From the NCBI GenBank assembly GCA_001661245.1, contig KV454018.1, forward strand, positions 1 to 64,000: a stretch of 64,000 bases of DNA. Reading direction: 5' to 3'. Shown piece after piece: positions 1 through 9,874 of this stretch. The notes beneath the pieces were generated by a model. It did not search any database and was not told the DNA's origin. It worked only from the letters and a program-made list of their open reading frames with translations. Within the stretch, counting starts at the first letter, position 1. The number at the start of each line of letters is the position of its first letter. This DNA comes from Pachysolen tannophilus NRRL Y-2460 (Eukaryota). Position numbers and translations under genes: made by a program.

Positions 1-368
1 CACTCACACCACTCACACCACTCACACCACTCACACCACTCACACCACTCACACCACTCACACCACTCACACCACTCACACCACTCACACCACTCACACC
101 ACTCACACCACTCACACCACTCACACCACTCACACCACTCACACCACTCACACCACTCACACCACTCACACCACTCACACCACTCACACCACTCACACCA
201 CTCACACCACTCACACCACTCACACCACTCACACCACTCACACCACTCACACCACTCACACCACTCACACCACTCACACCACTCACACCACTCACACCAC
301 TCACACCTCTCACACCACCCACACCTCTCACACCTCTCACACCTCTCACACCTCTCACACCTCTCACA
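1..368 (-). repeat. Telomeric repeat tract, 9-bp unit CACTCACAC (G-rich strand GTGTGAGTG)
   Basis: 34 perfect units at 1-306 at the sequence end, C-rich on the + strand as expected for a left telomere; variant units CTCTCACAC and CACCCACAC at 307-368. Confidence 0.95.
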
Positions 369-1287
369 GTCATCTCAATGTCATCTCATCTCATCAGCCA
401 TAGTAGAACCATTTTACTAAAAGATTCGCTTATATTACACTTCAAAGAACTATACTCAACTATACTCAACAGCTCTATTGGTGTCGTCTTTTATATCTAG
501 CTTAAATATTGGTAATTAGCATGTTAACACAAAAAAATGGCTCAGCTGCAATGATATAGTTATGGAATAACATAAGATAGTCTTATAATAGCATGCATTT
601 TTCTGATTTTGTTTTAACTTTTGCTGCATAATATCTTGGATAATATCTAACGTCAACTTCTGATCACTTTGTAATCCAAACAATTCTTAATGGTTGCGGT
701 CTTTTAGTCTTTTACTTGTTTCAACAATTCCCCCTGAATGAGGACCATTTGAGATGAGAACCTTGTATGCAGCATTATATGCCTTTATTGGTTCAAAAAT
801 GACTTCGTCAAAATCTTCCATTCTGTGTCATTTGCTGTTGTTAAAACACAATGAATGGAGGAGAGCCTTCTACTTTGTTCTTTTCTATTTTATGATGTTA
901 CTGTGACATCAAAGCTACTTTCATTTATACGCTGCACAATACTGTAAGAAGACTATTAATGCAAGACTTGCACTCGGAGTATTACTATATTGGTTCACAT
1001 TCTTGTGTATTGATTGAGGTTATCCTTAAATAAATATTTGAGTAATGTAGAACTTGAGTGATTATTTTCTAGATCCAAGTTTACTCAAAAGTTGAATATA
1101 AAAAGAGGTTTAAATCTACATCCGTCGTAATTTTTTTATATTATGACCCTTGTATCAATTCAAAAGTACATTTATTCCATAATATATATCATCAAAGTAA
1201 AAAAAAATCAGACTTTGATACCTGAACATAGAACTACACAAAGTTCGGCTTATAGAAAACACAACAGAAAATATGAAAAAATTAATT

Positions 1288-2148
1288 TCATTCCACAAAT
1301 CTGGCTTTAGCTTTCTCTTTTAAGGCCTTACATACTTCGTCGAACTTGAAAACTTTTGTAACAACGAAATTGAGAATTGGCATCGGTAGTAATCCCAAAA
1401 AATACAGCGTCGTTGCCCCAGCACCTCTGTAAATTTGACCAGACCCAGTACCATTCAAAATGTCATTAACAACCTTCGCAGCATATTTTTTTGAGTCCAT
1501 CCTTTTCTGATCACCTAAAATTTGTAGTGAGTTATTAGTGGCATCACAATAATAACGCGATGATTCCGGAAGAGATTGGAATTTTTCGAAAATTTCAGTA
1601 TCAACAGCTCCTGTGGAAAAATGTAGAACCCTGACATCAAATGGTCTCATCTCTAAAGTTAATATCTTACAATAATGTTTAAGAGCTGCTTTTGATGCCC
1701 CGTAAATGGACCCCCATGGTAAAGGAACGTCAGCAGCAACTGAACCTGTAAATGCAACACAGCCCTTGGAATTAATCAATAACGGAGAAAATTCTTTAGT
1801 CATATTAACGGCAGCAAAAAAGTTCACTTCAAAACAAGATCTCATATCTTTATTAGCAATCTCAATCGCCGGACTCGTACAGCCAATTCCTGCATTGTTA
1901 AACAAAATGTCCAACTTACCATTCGTCTTACTAGCAATCAACTCTCTAACCCTGGAAACCTCCTGCGCATTTGTAACATCTAATTGAATTATCTCAATTC
2001 CATACTGCTCCAAATCAGCTAACCTATCCATACGCCTTGCACAGGCATATACTTGGATGCCACGAGAAGCTAACTCTATTGATAAGTCCTTACCAATACC
2101 TGATGATGCTCCTGTTACCAAGGCATATCTCTTTTCAACTGCTACCAT
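1288..2148 (-). CDS. Short-chain dehydrogenase/reductase, Ayr1-like (1-acyl-DHAP reductase family)
   Basis: ATG at 2148 (MVAVEKRYALVTGASSGIG); TGxxxGIG, NNAG and YGASK catalytic motifs; VYACARR and GKLDILFNNAG typical of Ayr1-like SDRs. Confidence 0.85.
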   Translation of the reverse strand: MVAVEKRYALVTGASSGIGKDLSIELASRGIQVYACARRMDRLADLEQYGIEIIQLDVTNAQEVSRVRELIASKTNGKLDILFNNAGIGCTSPAIEIANKDMRSCFEVNFFAAVNMTKEFSPLLINSKGCVAFTGSVAADVPLPWGSIYGASKAALKHYCKILTLEMRPFDVRVLHFSTGAVDTEIFEKFQSLPESSRYYCDATNNSLQILGDQKRMDSKKYAAKVVNDILNGTGSGQIYRGAGATTLYFLGLLPMPILNFVVTKVFKFDEVCKALKEKAKARFVE

Positions 2149-2879
2149 ATTAACTACAAATATTACTACTGGAAATAAATTTACAAAAAAATTAAACTTA
2201 CTCAAGTATTCACCAGCTATTAGTCCGTAATTTATGTATCCAATAATTCCCTTATTTCCTGCTGATTTGTAAGCGCAATAATATATTACTTATTGTATAC
2301 ACTCCATCCGCATTTAATTTCGTACTCTTCACACTATTTACTTCCTGCTGGTATTTCTGCATCAAATACTTCTTCATTTAGATCAAAGATCAAAATTTAG
2401 ATGACTATATAAATTTTTTGAAAAGAAGTAAGGAGCTAATGTTTTAAGCGAAAATATTTACTGAACTTTAATTTGAATTTTGTAATATACTTTTGATTAT
2501 TTATATACAGAAAATTCAAAATTAATGTACTTTAAAGGTATCCCCGAATTTGTTTGGAAATTTTTCATTTACATTAATTTCTTATTGCTTTGAAAGTAAG
2601 ATGTAGATACTTCCGTATGTCGAAACCTCTAAATCAAATGATTCATAGATCGCATTTTTCAATTTCGAAATGCAAATCAAATGGAAATCTCACATATTCT
2701 GATATTTTTCTATTTAGTTGGTTGTTTCAAAGAATATTTATATTTCGAAGATTTGTAATTTACATTTGACATTATTGTGTCCACTTACTATGGTATACCT
2801 TAAAGCAAACAATTTTTATTTGTAGAAATTAATAGAAAAAAACCAAAAATTAAACAAAAAAAAAGCAATTCAAATTTAC

Positions 2880-4931
2880 TTAGCTATCTCTTTCAGTCTC
2901 TTCTTCTTCCTCATTATCTTCTAGATATGATTTTTTTCCCACCAAGTCTAAAAGCATTCTTGCCAAAGTTTTTCGAGATTCCATTAAAGGCCATATAATG
3001 GTAAAAGTGAATGTCACAAACAACCAAATTATTATGACAGCAACAACAAATGTAAGAAATCCTTTTGAAAACACATATGGAGCTGCTGATAGTGGAACTG
3101 GAATAATAATAGAGATAATTAAAGCTGTTACTGAACTCAAAATAATGTATTTTTTAAACTGCTTCTGTAAATACTGGTGATCAATATGAGAATCATCAAC
3201 AGGTAGATCTGATTCAGATGATTCTTCTGAATCTTTTGCTTGGTATTCAATTTCATTATTTTTTACATTGCCTTCAATCTCCTTACCTGAAGTGATAGGG
3301 GTTGGCTCTGCTTCATTGTAATAAATTTCACTAGCCTCAGCTCCATTAGAATCTGAAAGGATTGTTCTGTTCCGAGTTTTGTTGAAATCAAAATTTGCTG
3401 GTTTTATCAAAGAAATTGTTATTGATAAGACTCCACCCAACACAATAGCACATACATTACCTGTGAAGGAAACCCATTCATCTGATAAATTTGAAAGAGT
3501 TATCGAGCCTAAATATTTATAGCACATCACAAGCCAAGCAACTAAAGCTAAAATCATTCCTAAGATTGATCCTGCGATCGCTCCCGTCTTGTTCAAGTTA
3601 TTCCAAGTAAAAGTCAAAGCTATTGGAAACACCCCGGAGGCCGTTGATACTCCTAAAAAGTTGAATAACCATCCCATAGAAATTCCACCCGCGTGAAATG
3701 CAGAAGCTAAAGCAAAACTGAAAAGAGCCCAAAAAAAGACAAAATATTTGGCTGAGGTAACAACTTCTTCAGGTGAAGCTGATTTTCTAATATATTTCTT
3801 ATAAACATCATAGGATAACAATGTTGATGCAGCAATTAGCTCACCGCTGAAAGATGAAGTCACAGATAAAAATACCATAATAATTATAAGCACAGTACCT
3901 GCTTTTCCTAAAACATAACCAGCAGTAGCAACTGCTGCTAAGCCTGCTGTAACTTCGTCTGATGATAAACTTGGAAAGTCTGAATATACCGAAAGAGCTC
4001 TAGCACCTAATCCCAACGTTGTTCCCATAGCAAAAGGGATCACAAACCAACAAATACATGCCGTGAAATAAGCAGATGATGTTCGCAATGGATTTGATGC
4101 AATTGCTCTGGACCAGTAAGCCTGATCACAATTGACCAATCCAAATCCCGTAATAATTGATTGTATAGAAAATATACCACCTCCACTGGATCTAAAAGTA
4201 AGGTAAGAGCCATGGTAGTTGTTATCAACAGGCTCTAGTTGTGAAAGAAGTTCAACCATTCTGCCTGGTGACCCAATTTTATCATCTATCCCACTAGCAA
4301 AAATTGTGAAAACAAATATAATTAACATAATTAATAGAACAAATGTATGTGTAGCATCAGAAATAAAAGTTGATCTGAGCCCACCGAAATAAACATAAAT
4401 TGCAGTGGATAAAGGAATTAATAACAAAGAAGCATAAACATTCATACCAGTAGCTGCTGAGACAACGGCACTTCCTCCCAATAAAATACAAGAACTAACA
4501 ATTGCATTACAAACTAGTCCACACCAAAGAAATGATAGATGACCAGCGGTTCCAAATCTAAAATATGCCATTTCAGGAAATGTAGTTACCAAGTTGGCAT
4601 TGGATTTTACCTTAGCAGCTATTATACTGAAGACAGAAACTTGAATCAACCCTCCAACTGCATACCACCATCCACCAGAAATTCCTAAATTATAACTTTC
4701 TGTAGCACTTTGTAATAATGTTAAAGACCATGTCCAACTAGAAACAATTGACACTACCATCAAACCAAATGGAATGTTTCTACTAGCTGCAGAAAATTCA
4801 TCTGCTTTATTAGTGTTAAGCTTGGAAAATCTATTTTGAAAAAACGTGAAAATGTTTATCAAGAATGCAAAAAAAGCACCCATCCCAATTATAATGGCAT
4901 ATCCAGCGCCTTGGGGTAAATTTGGTTCCAT
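2880..4931 (-). CDS. DUR3-like sodium:solute symporter (urea/polyamine transporter family)
   Basis: Likely ATG at 4931 (MEPNLPQGAGYAIIIG); motifs VSSWTW, YFGGLRSTFISD, DQAYWSRAIA and SSFSGELIAASTLLSYDVYK; many TM segments. Confidence 0.9.
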   Translation of the reverse strand: MEPNLPQGAGYAIIIGMGAFFAFLINIFTFFQNRFSKLNTNKADEFSAASRNIPFGLMVVSIVSSWTWSLTLLQSATESYNLGISGGWWYAVGGLIQVSVFSIIAAKVKSNANLVTTFPEMAYFRFGTAGHLSFLWCGLVCNAIVSSCILLGGSAVVSAATGMNVYASLLLIPLSTAIYVYFGGLRSTFISDATHTFVLLIMLIIFVFTIFASGIDDKIGSPGRMVELLSQLEPVDNNYHGSYLTFRSSGGGIFSIQSIITGFGLVNCDQAYWSRAIASNPLRTSSAYFTACICWFVIPFAMGTTLGLGARALSVYSDFPSLSSDEVTAGLAAVATAGYVLGKAGTVLIIIMVFLSVTSSFSGELIAASTLLSYDVYKKYIRKSASPEEVVTSAKYFVFFWALFSFALASAFHAGGISMGWLFNFLGVSTASGVFPIALTFTWNNLNKTGAIAGSILGMILALVAWLVMCYKYLGSITLSNLSDEWVSFTGNVCAIVLGGVLSITISLIKPANFDFNKTRNRTILSDSNGAEASEIYYNEAEPTPITSGKEIEGNVKNNEIEYQAKDSEESSESDLPVDDSHIDHQYLQKQFKKYIILSSVTALIISIIIPVPLSAAPYVFSKGFLTFVVAVIIIWLFVTFTFTIIWPLMESRKTLARMLLDLVGKKSYLEDNEEEEETERDS

Positions 4932-5450
4932 TTTTCTTTTCTTTTTATTTTTTTTTCCGTTTTTCAGGTTAGAGAATCTTCCGAAAAATACCTTCATTCA
5001 AGAGAAAGCGACATATTTAAATAATCATGTTAAAGCTGAGTTCGACAAGAAAGTAAATTAAGGCTTCTAAATACTAGTTTCCATGTGACATTCATTATTA
5101 TAGCTTTGACATTCATTTTTTTCTAATCCATAACTAAGATGTAACTGTGTACCTTTTCTCAAGGTCTAGTAATTAAAAAAAAAAGTATGGCTTTTTCAAA
5201 ATATGCATAATTATGCATACGCATGGTGAATAAGAAATTATGGCATCTTCAGTTAATATCAATACTGGATTACGATGAAGTAATAGTTATTTATTTCTGA
5301 AAAAAAAATTTCATTGGAATATAATCGTACTATTTTACAGCTCTCTTACCTTGGCCTAATAATATAGCACAATTGTAATATATAAATGAAACCTTGTACC
5401 TTTTATTGGCAAAAAAAATCTCACGGTAAAAATTGTAAAACTCTGCGATA

Positions 5451-6869
5451 ATGGTTGGTAAGACGACAAATAATTGGGCTTTCATTGAATCTGAAGTGTC
5501 AAGATTGGGATTAATTAAGACACAACCGATTCCAGCTCCTAAAGATCCAAATAGTGAGATTGTGACTTTCAATGGTAGCGATGTTATTGATGAAATCGAA
5601 AACTTCAGAAAAACTTTTATACCAGAACTTGATGTAGATGAAGTTGATAAAAAGTACAATTTAAGAGAATTCAAAGAAGCTGATCCTTCAACATCTAAAA
5701 TTGAACCAATTTCTTTACAAGCAATTGACTTGAGTAAGTACATTGAAGGTGCTGAAGGTTTGCAATCAAGAAAGGATTTAGCAGCTGAACTTGAAAAATC
5801 AATTTCAACTTACGGTTTCTTCAATTTGATCAATATCGGTTACCCTCTAGAGGAATTAAATAAGTTGAGATCTATAGCACAATCGTTGTTAGAGTTGCCA
5901 AATGAAGAAAAGCTCAAATATTTAGCCGGTGCTACAGAGAGAACATTAGAAAATAAGAAAGTCTCGTTAGGTGGAGAAAGAGGACTGGGTTTCAAGCCAA
6001 AAGGTTATTGGACAATGCAAAATAAAGTTCGAGATTCTATAGAACATTACAATTTTCGTGATATGTGTCAGGATAATTATTTCTTTGACAAGAACAGAAA
6101 ATATCCTGAAATAGCAAAGGCTCATCTACCAGAAGTAGCTGCTTATTTTAGATATTTACATTTCAACGTCTTGAGAAAATTGCTCAATCTATGTGATTTG
6201 ATTTTGGAGTTGCCGGAGGGGTATTTATGGGAGAATTATTTCAAGGTTTACAAAGATGACTTGTATAATTCTGGTTCTGGATTTGGTCGTTTTATGCATT
6301 ACCTTGGCATGAGCTCTGAGGAAGAAAAAAAAACTAATAACAATTGGTTAAGAGGGCACTCAGATGGTACTGCCTTCACTTTCATTACATCTCAGCCAAT
6401 ATTGTCGTTGCAAATCAGAGATTATTATACTGGAGAATGGAGATATGTAGGACATAGGAAAAACTCATTGATTGTTAATATTGGTGATTCTATGGAATTC
6501 TTAACGGGAGGTTACTTCAAATCTTCAATTCATAGAGTTGTAGCACCGCCAGAAGATCAAAGAAAATTCAGAAGATTAGTTTTAATTTATTTCTGCAACT
6601 GCGCTCTTTCAACAATAATCGATCCCGAAGAAATAAACTCACCAAAGTTAAATCGTTTAGGTTACAAAAAGCCTGCTTCATGGGAAAAAATTACTTCATC
6701 TAGATGGGATGAAGAAAAAGGAAGACTTTTCGGTGATAAAGATTCTAATGACGTTTCTGGAGATGAGCCTAAAGCAGTTTTATTATTTGGCAGACTACAC
6801 GAGAGATGGCACCAAAATGACAATGGCAAGCCTCCTCACATCATCGAACAAGAAGCAACCAGAGCATGA
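5451..6869 (+). CDS. 2-oxoglutarate/Fe(II)-dependent dioxygenase (DIOX_N plus 2OG-FeII_Oxy, IPNS-like fold)
   Basis: IDLS...YGFFNLIN N-terminal signature; HSD iron ligands (LRGHSDG), LQIR, IVNIGDSMEFLTGG and SSIHRV distal His. Confidence 0.9.
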   Translation: MVGKTTNNWAFIESEVSRLGLIKTQPIPAPKDPNSEIVTFNGSDVIDEIENFRKTFIPELDVDEVDKKYNLREFKEADPSTSKIEPISLQAIDLSKYIEGAEGLQSRKDLAAELEKSISTYGFFNLINIGYPLEELNKLRSIAQSLLELPNEEKLKYLAGATERTLENKKVSLGGERGLGFKPKGYWTMQNKVRDSIEHYNFRDMCQDNYFFDKNRKYPEIAKAHLPEVAAYFRYLHFNVLRKLLNLCDLILELPEGYLWENYFKVYKDDLYNSGSGFGRFMHYLGMSSEEEKKTNNNWLRGHSDGTAFTFITSQPILSLQIRDYYTGEWRYVGHRKNSLIVNIGDSMEFLTGGYFKSSIHRVVAPPEDQRKFRRLVLIYFCNCALSTIIDPEEINSPKLNRLGYKKPASWEKITSSRWDEEKGRLFGDKDSNDVSGDEPKAVLLFGRLHERWHQNDNGKPPHIIEQEATRA

Positions 6870-7135
6870 AATGTTTTATGCTCTTCATTTTAAATCTAAT
6901 GTTCCCTTTTATTTTCTTTCATCGTCAAATTAGTTAAAATAAATATTATGTACCTACGTTTAAGTGAATAAATATATGAAACTATCACCTAATTTTTGTA
7001 TTTCATTTGATCCTAATCTAAAACACATCATATATAGCATACATAAAAAAGTCTTAATCAAAAAAACTTATAAGTTGAAAATAAAAAATGCTAAATGCTA
7101 AATGCTAAATTCATCCAATAATCATCAAATTATAA

Positions 7136-9349
7136 TTATTGAAGAAATTGTTGAATGTCTTCATCATCCAATGCATAATTTCCATCAAAGTTCAATATTC
7201 CGTCCATATTACTAAGGGCAGAAAAAAAATCTTTGTCATATTTCATATCCATTAGAGATGTATTTCTATCTGTATTCATTATATTCAAGCCTCCCATCAA
7301 AAATTTAGTAGGAACTGAATTAACGGTAGAAAAATCTGTAGGATTACAGAAATCCATAGATGGGACACATAAAGCTTCATCCCAGTCAAGAGGATCACCA
7401 TCATCATTATGGAATTTCTTAAATACTTTTGCTGTTTTATGTATGTCAATTTGCTTAAAGCTAATCTCTAAATTGTTTAGTTCATCATAAAAATGCCTTG
7501 CTGATATTGATCCGACAGAACTCAAGTATTTCAATACTTGAATTGATCTGCTAATCCGACTAGTAATCTCCATCTTAGTCCTTTCACTGAATTTTGTAAC
7601 TGTAGCAGACATTAAAATGATTACAGTGGAACTGAAACAATATTGTGCATCAAACCCCCCATATTTAGCAATTTTATCATTGTCATACAATGAGTTGATA
7701 GCAGAGTTTATCGAATAGGCCGATCTGATACAAGCTTCAGATATAGCCAAAGATGTTGGTGAAGGTACAAAATTGACATCAGATATAGCATTAATAAACA
7801 CATAAAGAAACAACGACCTTGTACTCAATATTATTAATTGGTTGTAATGATTATGGAAAGAGTATATATTTCTCAAAATTTTTGAAGTACTTTTATTCTT
7901 GTAATATTGAAGTCGTAAAGTTGGATCTAAATTGTTATAACAATCTCTCAATTCGGTTAACACTTCATGAACATTCTCAACAAACGAAGTATCTCTATTA
8001 TTACTTTGTTCATTGATACTATAAATTTTCTTTAAAATTAAAGAACTGATTTTTGCGATTTGGATTTGACCCAACATATATTTAGATTCTGGAAATTCTT
8101 TGTATTCACTTTCAGTAAAGAATTTTTCTGATGGCAACTCAGTATCTATATCTTCTACGGAAATCCCGTAAGGATGCCCTAACTTTGATGCAATCATTCT
8201 ATCAAATATGAAAACTGTCCACCAAAGCCTTCTCCTTCTTTCCTTTTCCTTTACATCTAAATCTGAGTTATTTGATAAAGATGCTTTACGATGTAAGCCT
8301 AAAAGCATTGAAATTCTTATTGCTAAACTGGCATACATAAATGCAGAATTGACACGGTTTAGAGAATAAGAATAGTATCCGATTTGAGTTAAAGCTTCAA
8401 CATATTCGACGGTCGGCTGTTCAAATTGATCTTGTAATAGGGAAATTGCATATTTGAAATAATCAATACCGGGAGAGCGACCATCAGGCATTATCTCATT
8501 TTTATATAATTCCCCTAAAGCCATCATTGCAAAAAATTGAACCATTTGAATTCTTGAAACTTCATTATTTGGAGTGTACAGTGTTCCGGGTTCATTATTC
8601 TCATATATCTTATCAATAAGTAAATTAAATGAGTCGAACATCACGAAATAATATTCAATTCCAACATAATTTTCAGCAACATAAGCCAACTCTTTTGCAG
8701 TTTTCTTATCTGGTAATATGCAATAGGTATTTATAAATGAATTATTCCAAACCAAGTCTTCATCGTCGTAATGTAAGAACTGATGAAGCTTATTGAAATT
8801 ATATTGATTAAAAGTTTCAGAACCTTTATGAGTAAGAACATATTGTTGTAATTTAATGTTGAATTTTGAACATGCTGAATCACCCATATGAATAAATCGT
8901 GATTTCTGAGTAGTGTAAGGAAGCTTTTGATCAATAACTAAAGGATTACCGTCAGGATCAGTTTTCAAAGGAACAGCATTAATAGCTTCATTTTGCTTTT
9001 TAATTATCCGAGTTCTCAAAGAAGGTGATTCCGCGATATAGTTAACATTCTGGACCAATTTTTCTTCATTCAAAGCTAATTTACTTCTCAAATCTCTTAA
9101 TTCTAATTCCAAATTCTCAACATAATCTTTTTTTATTGTAACATATTTTTCTTTTTTAACAACCGAATAAAAACATTCATAAGCTAGGTTTGAATTTTTA
9201 CACTTATCACATGGATGTTGAAAATTGCATTTGATTTTTTTCTTGTGACAACGTTCACAAGCTTTTCTTGACCTAACCCTACGGTTTCTATTCAAACCGT
9301 TATTGTATTTTAAAGCGTCGGCTTTAATAAGTCCTTCCTCCTTATTCAT
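7136..9349 (-). CDS. Zn(II)2Cys6 fungal transcription factor with Fungal_trans domain
   Basis: ACERCHKKKIKC...PCDKC...C binuclear cluster; LGLHR...ERRRRLWWTVFIFDR middle homology region. Confidence 0.95.
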   Translation of the reverse strand: MNKEEGLIKADALKYNNGLNRNRRVRSRKACERCHKKKIKCNFQHPCDKCKNSNLAYECFYSVVKKEKYVTIKKDYVENLELELRDLRSKLALNEEKLVQNVNYIAESPSLRTRIIKKQNEAINAVPLKTDPDGNPLVIDQKLPYTTQKSRFIHMGDSACSKFNIKLQQYVLTHKGSETFNQYNFNKLHQFLHYDDEDLVWNNSFINTYCILPDKKTAKELAYVAENYVGIEYYFVMFDSFNLLIDKIYENNEPGTLYTPNNEVSRIQMVQFFAMMALGELYKNEIMPDGRSPGIDYFKYAISLLQDQFEQPTVEYVEALTQIGYYSYSLNRVNSAFMYASLAIRISMLLGLHRKASLSNNSDLDVKEKERRRRLWWTVFIFDRMIASKLGHPYGISVEDIDTELPSEKFFTESEYKEFPESKYMLGQIQIAKISSLILKKIYSINEQSNNRDTSFVENVHEVLTELRDCYNNLDPTLRLQYYKNKSTSKILRNIYSFHNHYNQLIILSTRSLFLYVFINAISDVNFVPSPTSLAISEACIRSAYSINSAINSLYDNDKIAKYGGFDAQYCFSSTVIILMSATVTKFSERTKMEITSRISRSIQVLKYLSSVGSISARHFYDELNNLEISFKQIDIHKTAKVFKKFHNDDGDPLDWDEALCVPSMDFCNPTDFSTVNSVPTKFLMGGLNIMNTDRNTSLMDMKYDKDFFSALSNMDGILNFDGNYALDDEDIQQFLQ

Positions 9350-9874
9350 CTATCTGTTGATTTATCTTTTAATCTTGTCTCTCTTAACTATATTGCAGTC
9401 TTTTTTTCTTTTCGTATTTTTGGCAGTTTTCAATTATAAATTATATTATTGATAGATAGCATCGATACATATCTAAAAAGAATTTACGATAATAAAAACA
9501 AAAGGTAGTGGAGAATCAGTCCACTTAGATAAAGAAACTGCGTTAAGATAAAGAATTAAAAGACATAAATAATTCTTGGTGATATTTTTGCATTGTTGGC
9601 GATAAAGATTTCTTACCGCCGACTGGTTGTTATTCAATTTTTGAAAAACTTTCGCTAATTGGAGTCGCAATTGAATTTCCGGCGATAATATGTACCAATC
9701 ACCGATCTTCTCATGTCGAAGACTATCAATCCTGATATGAAAGATTTAGGTGCATAGGATAGCTTATCTAAAATCTGTAATGCATTGTACTTTTATATAA
9801 ATACCCATCCGATGAAGATGTGTAAAATGGTTTCAAGAGAGAACAACGAGACAAGTAAATCGTTAAAGATTAAA

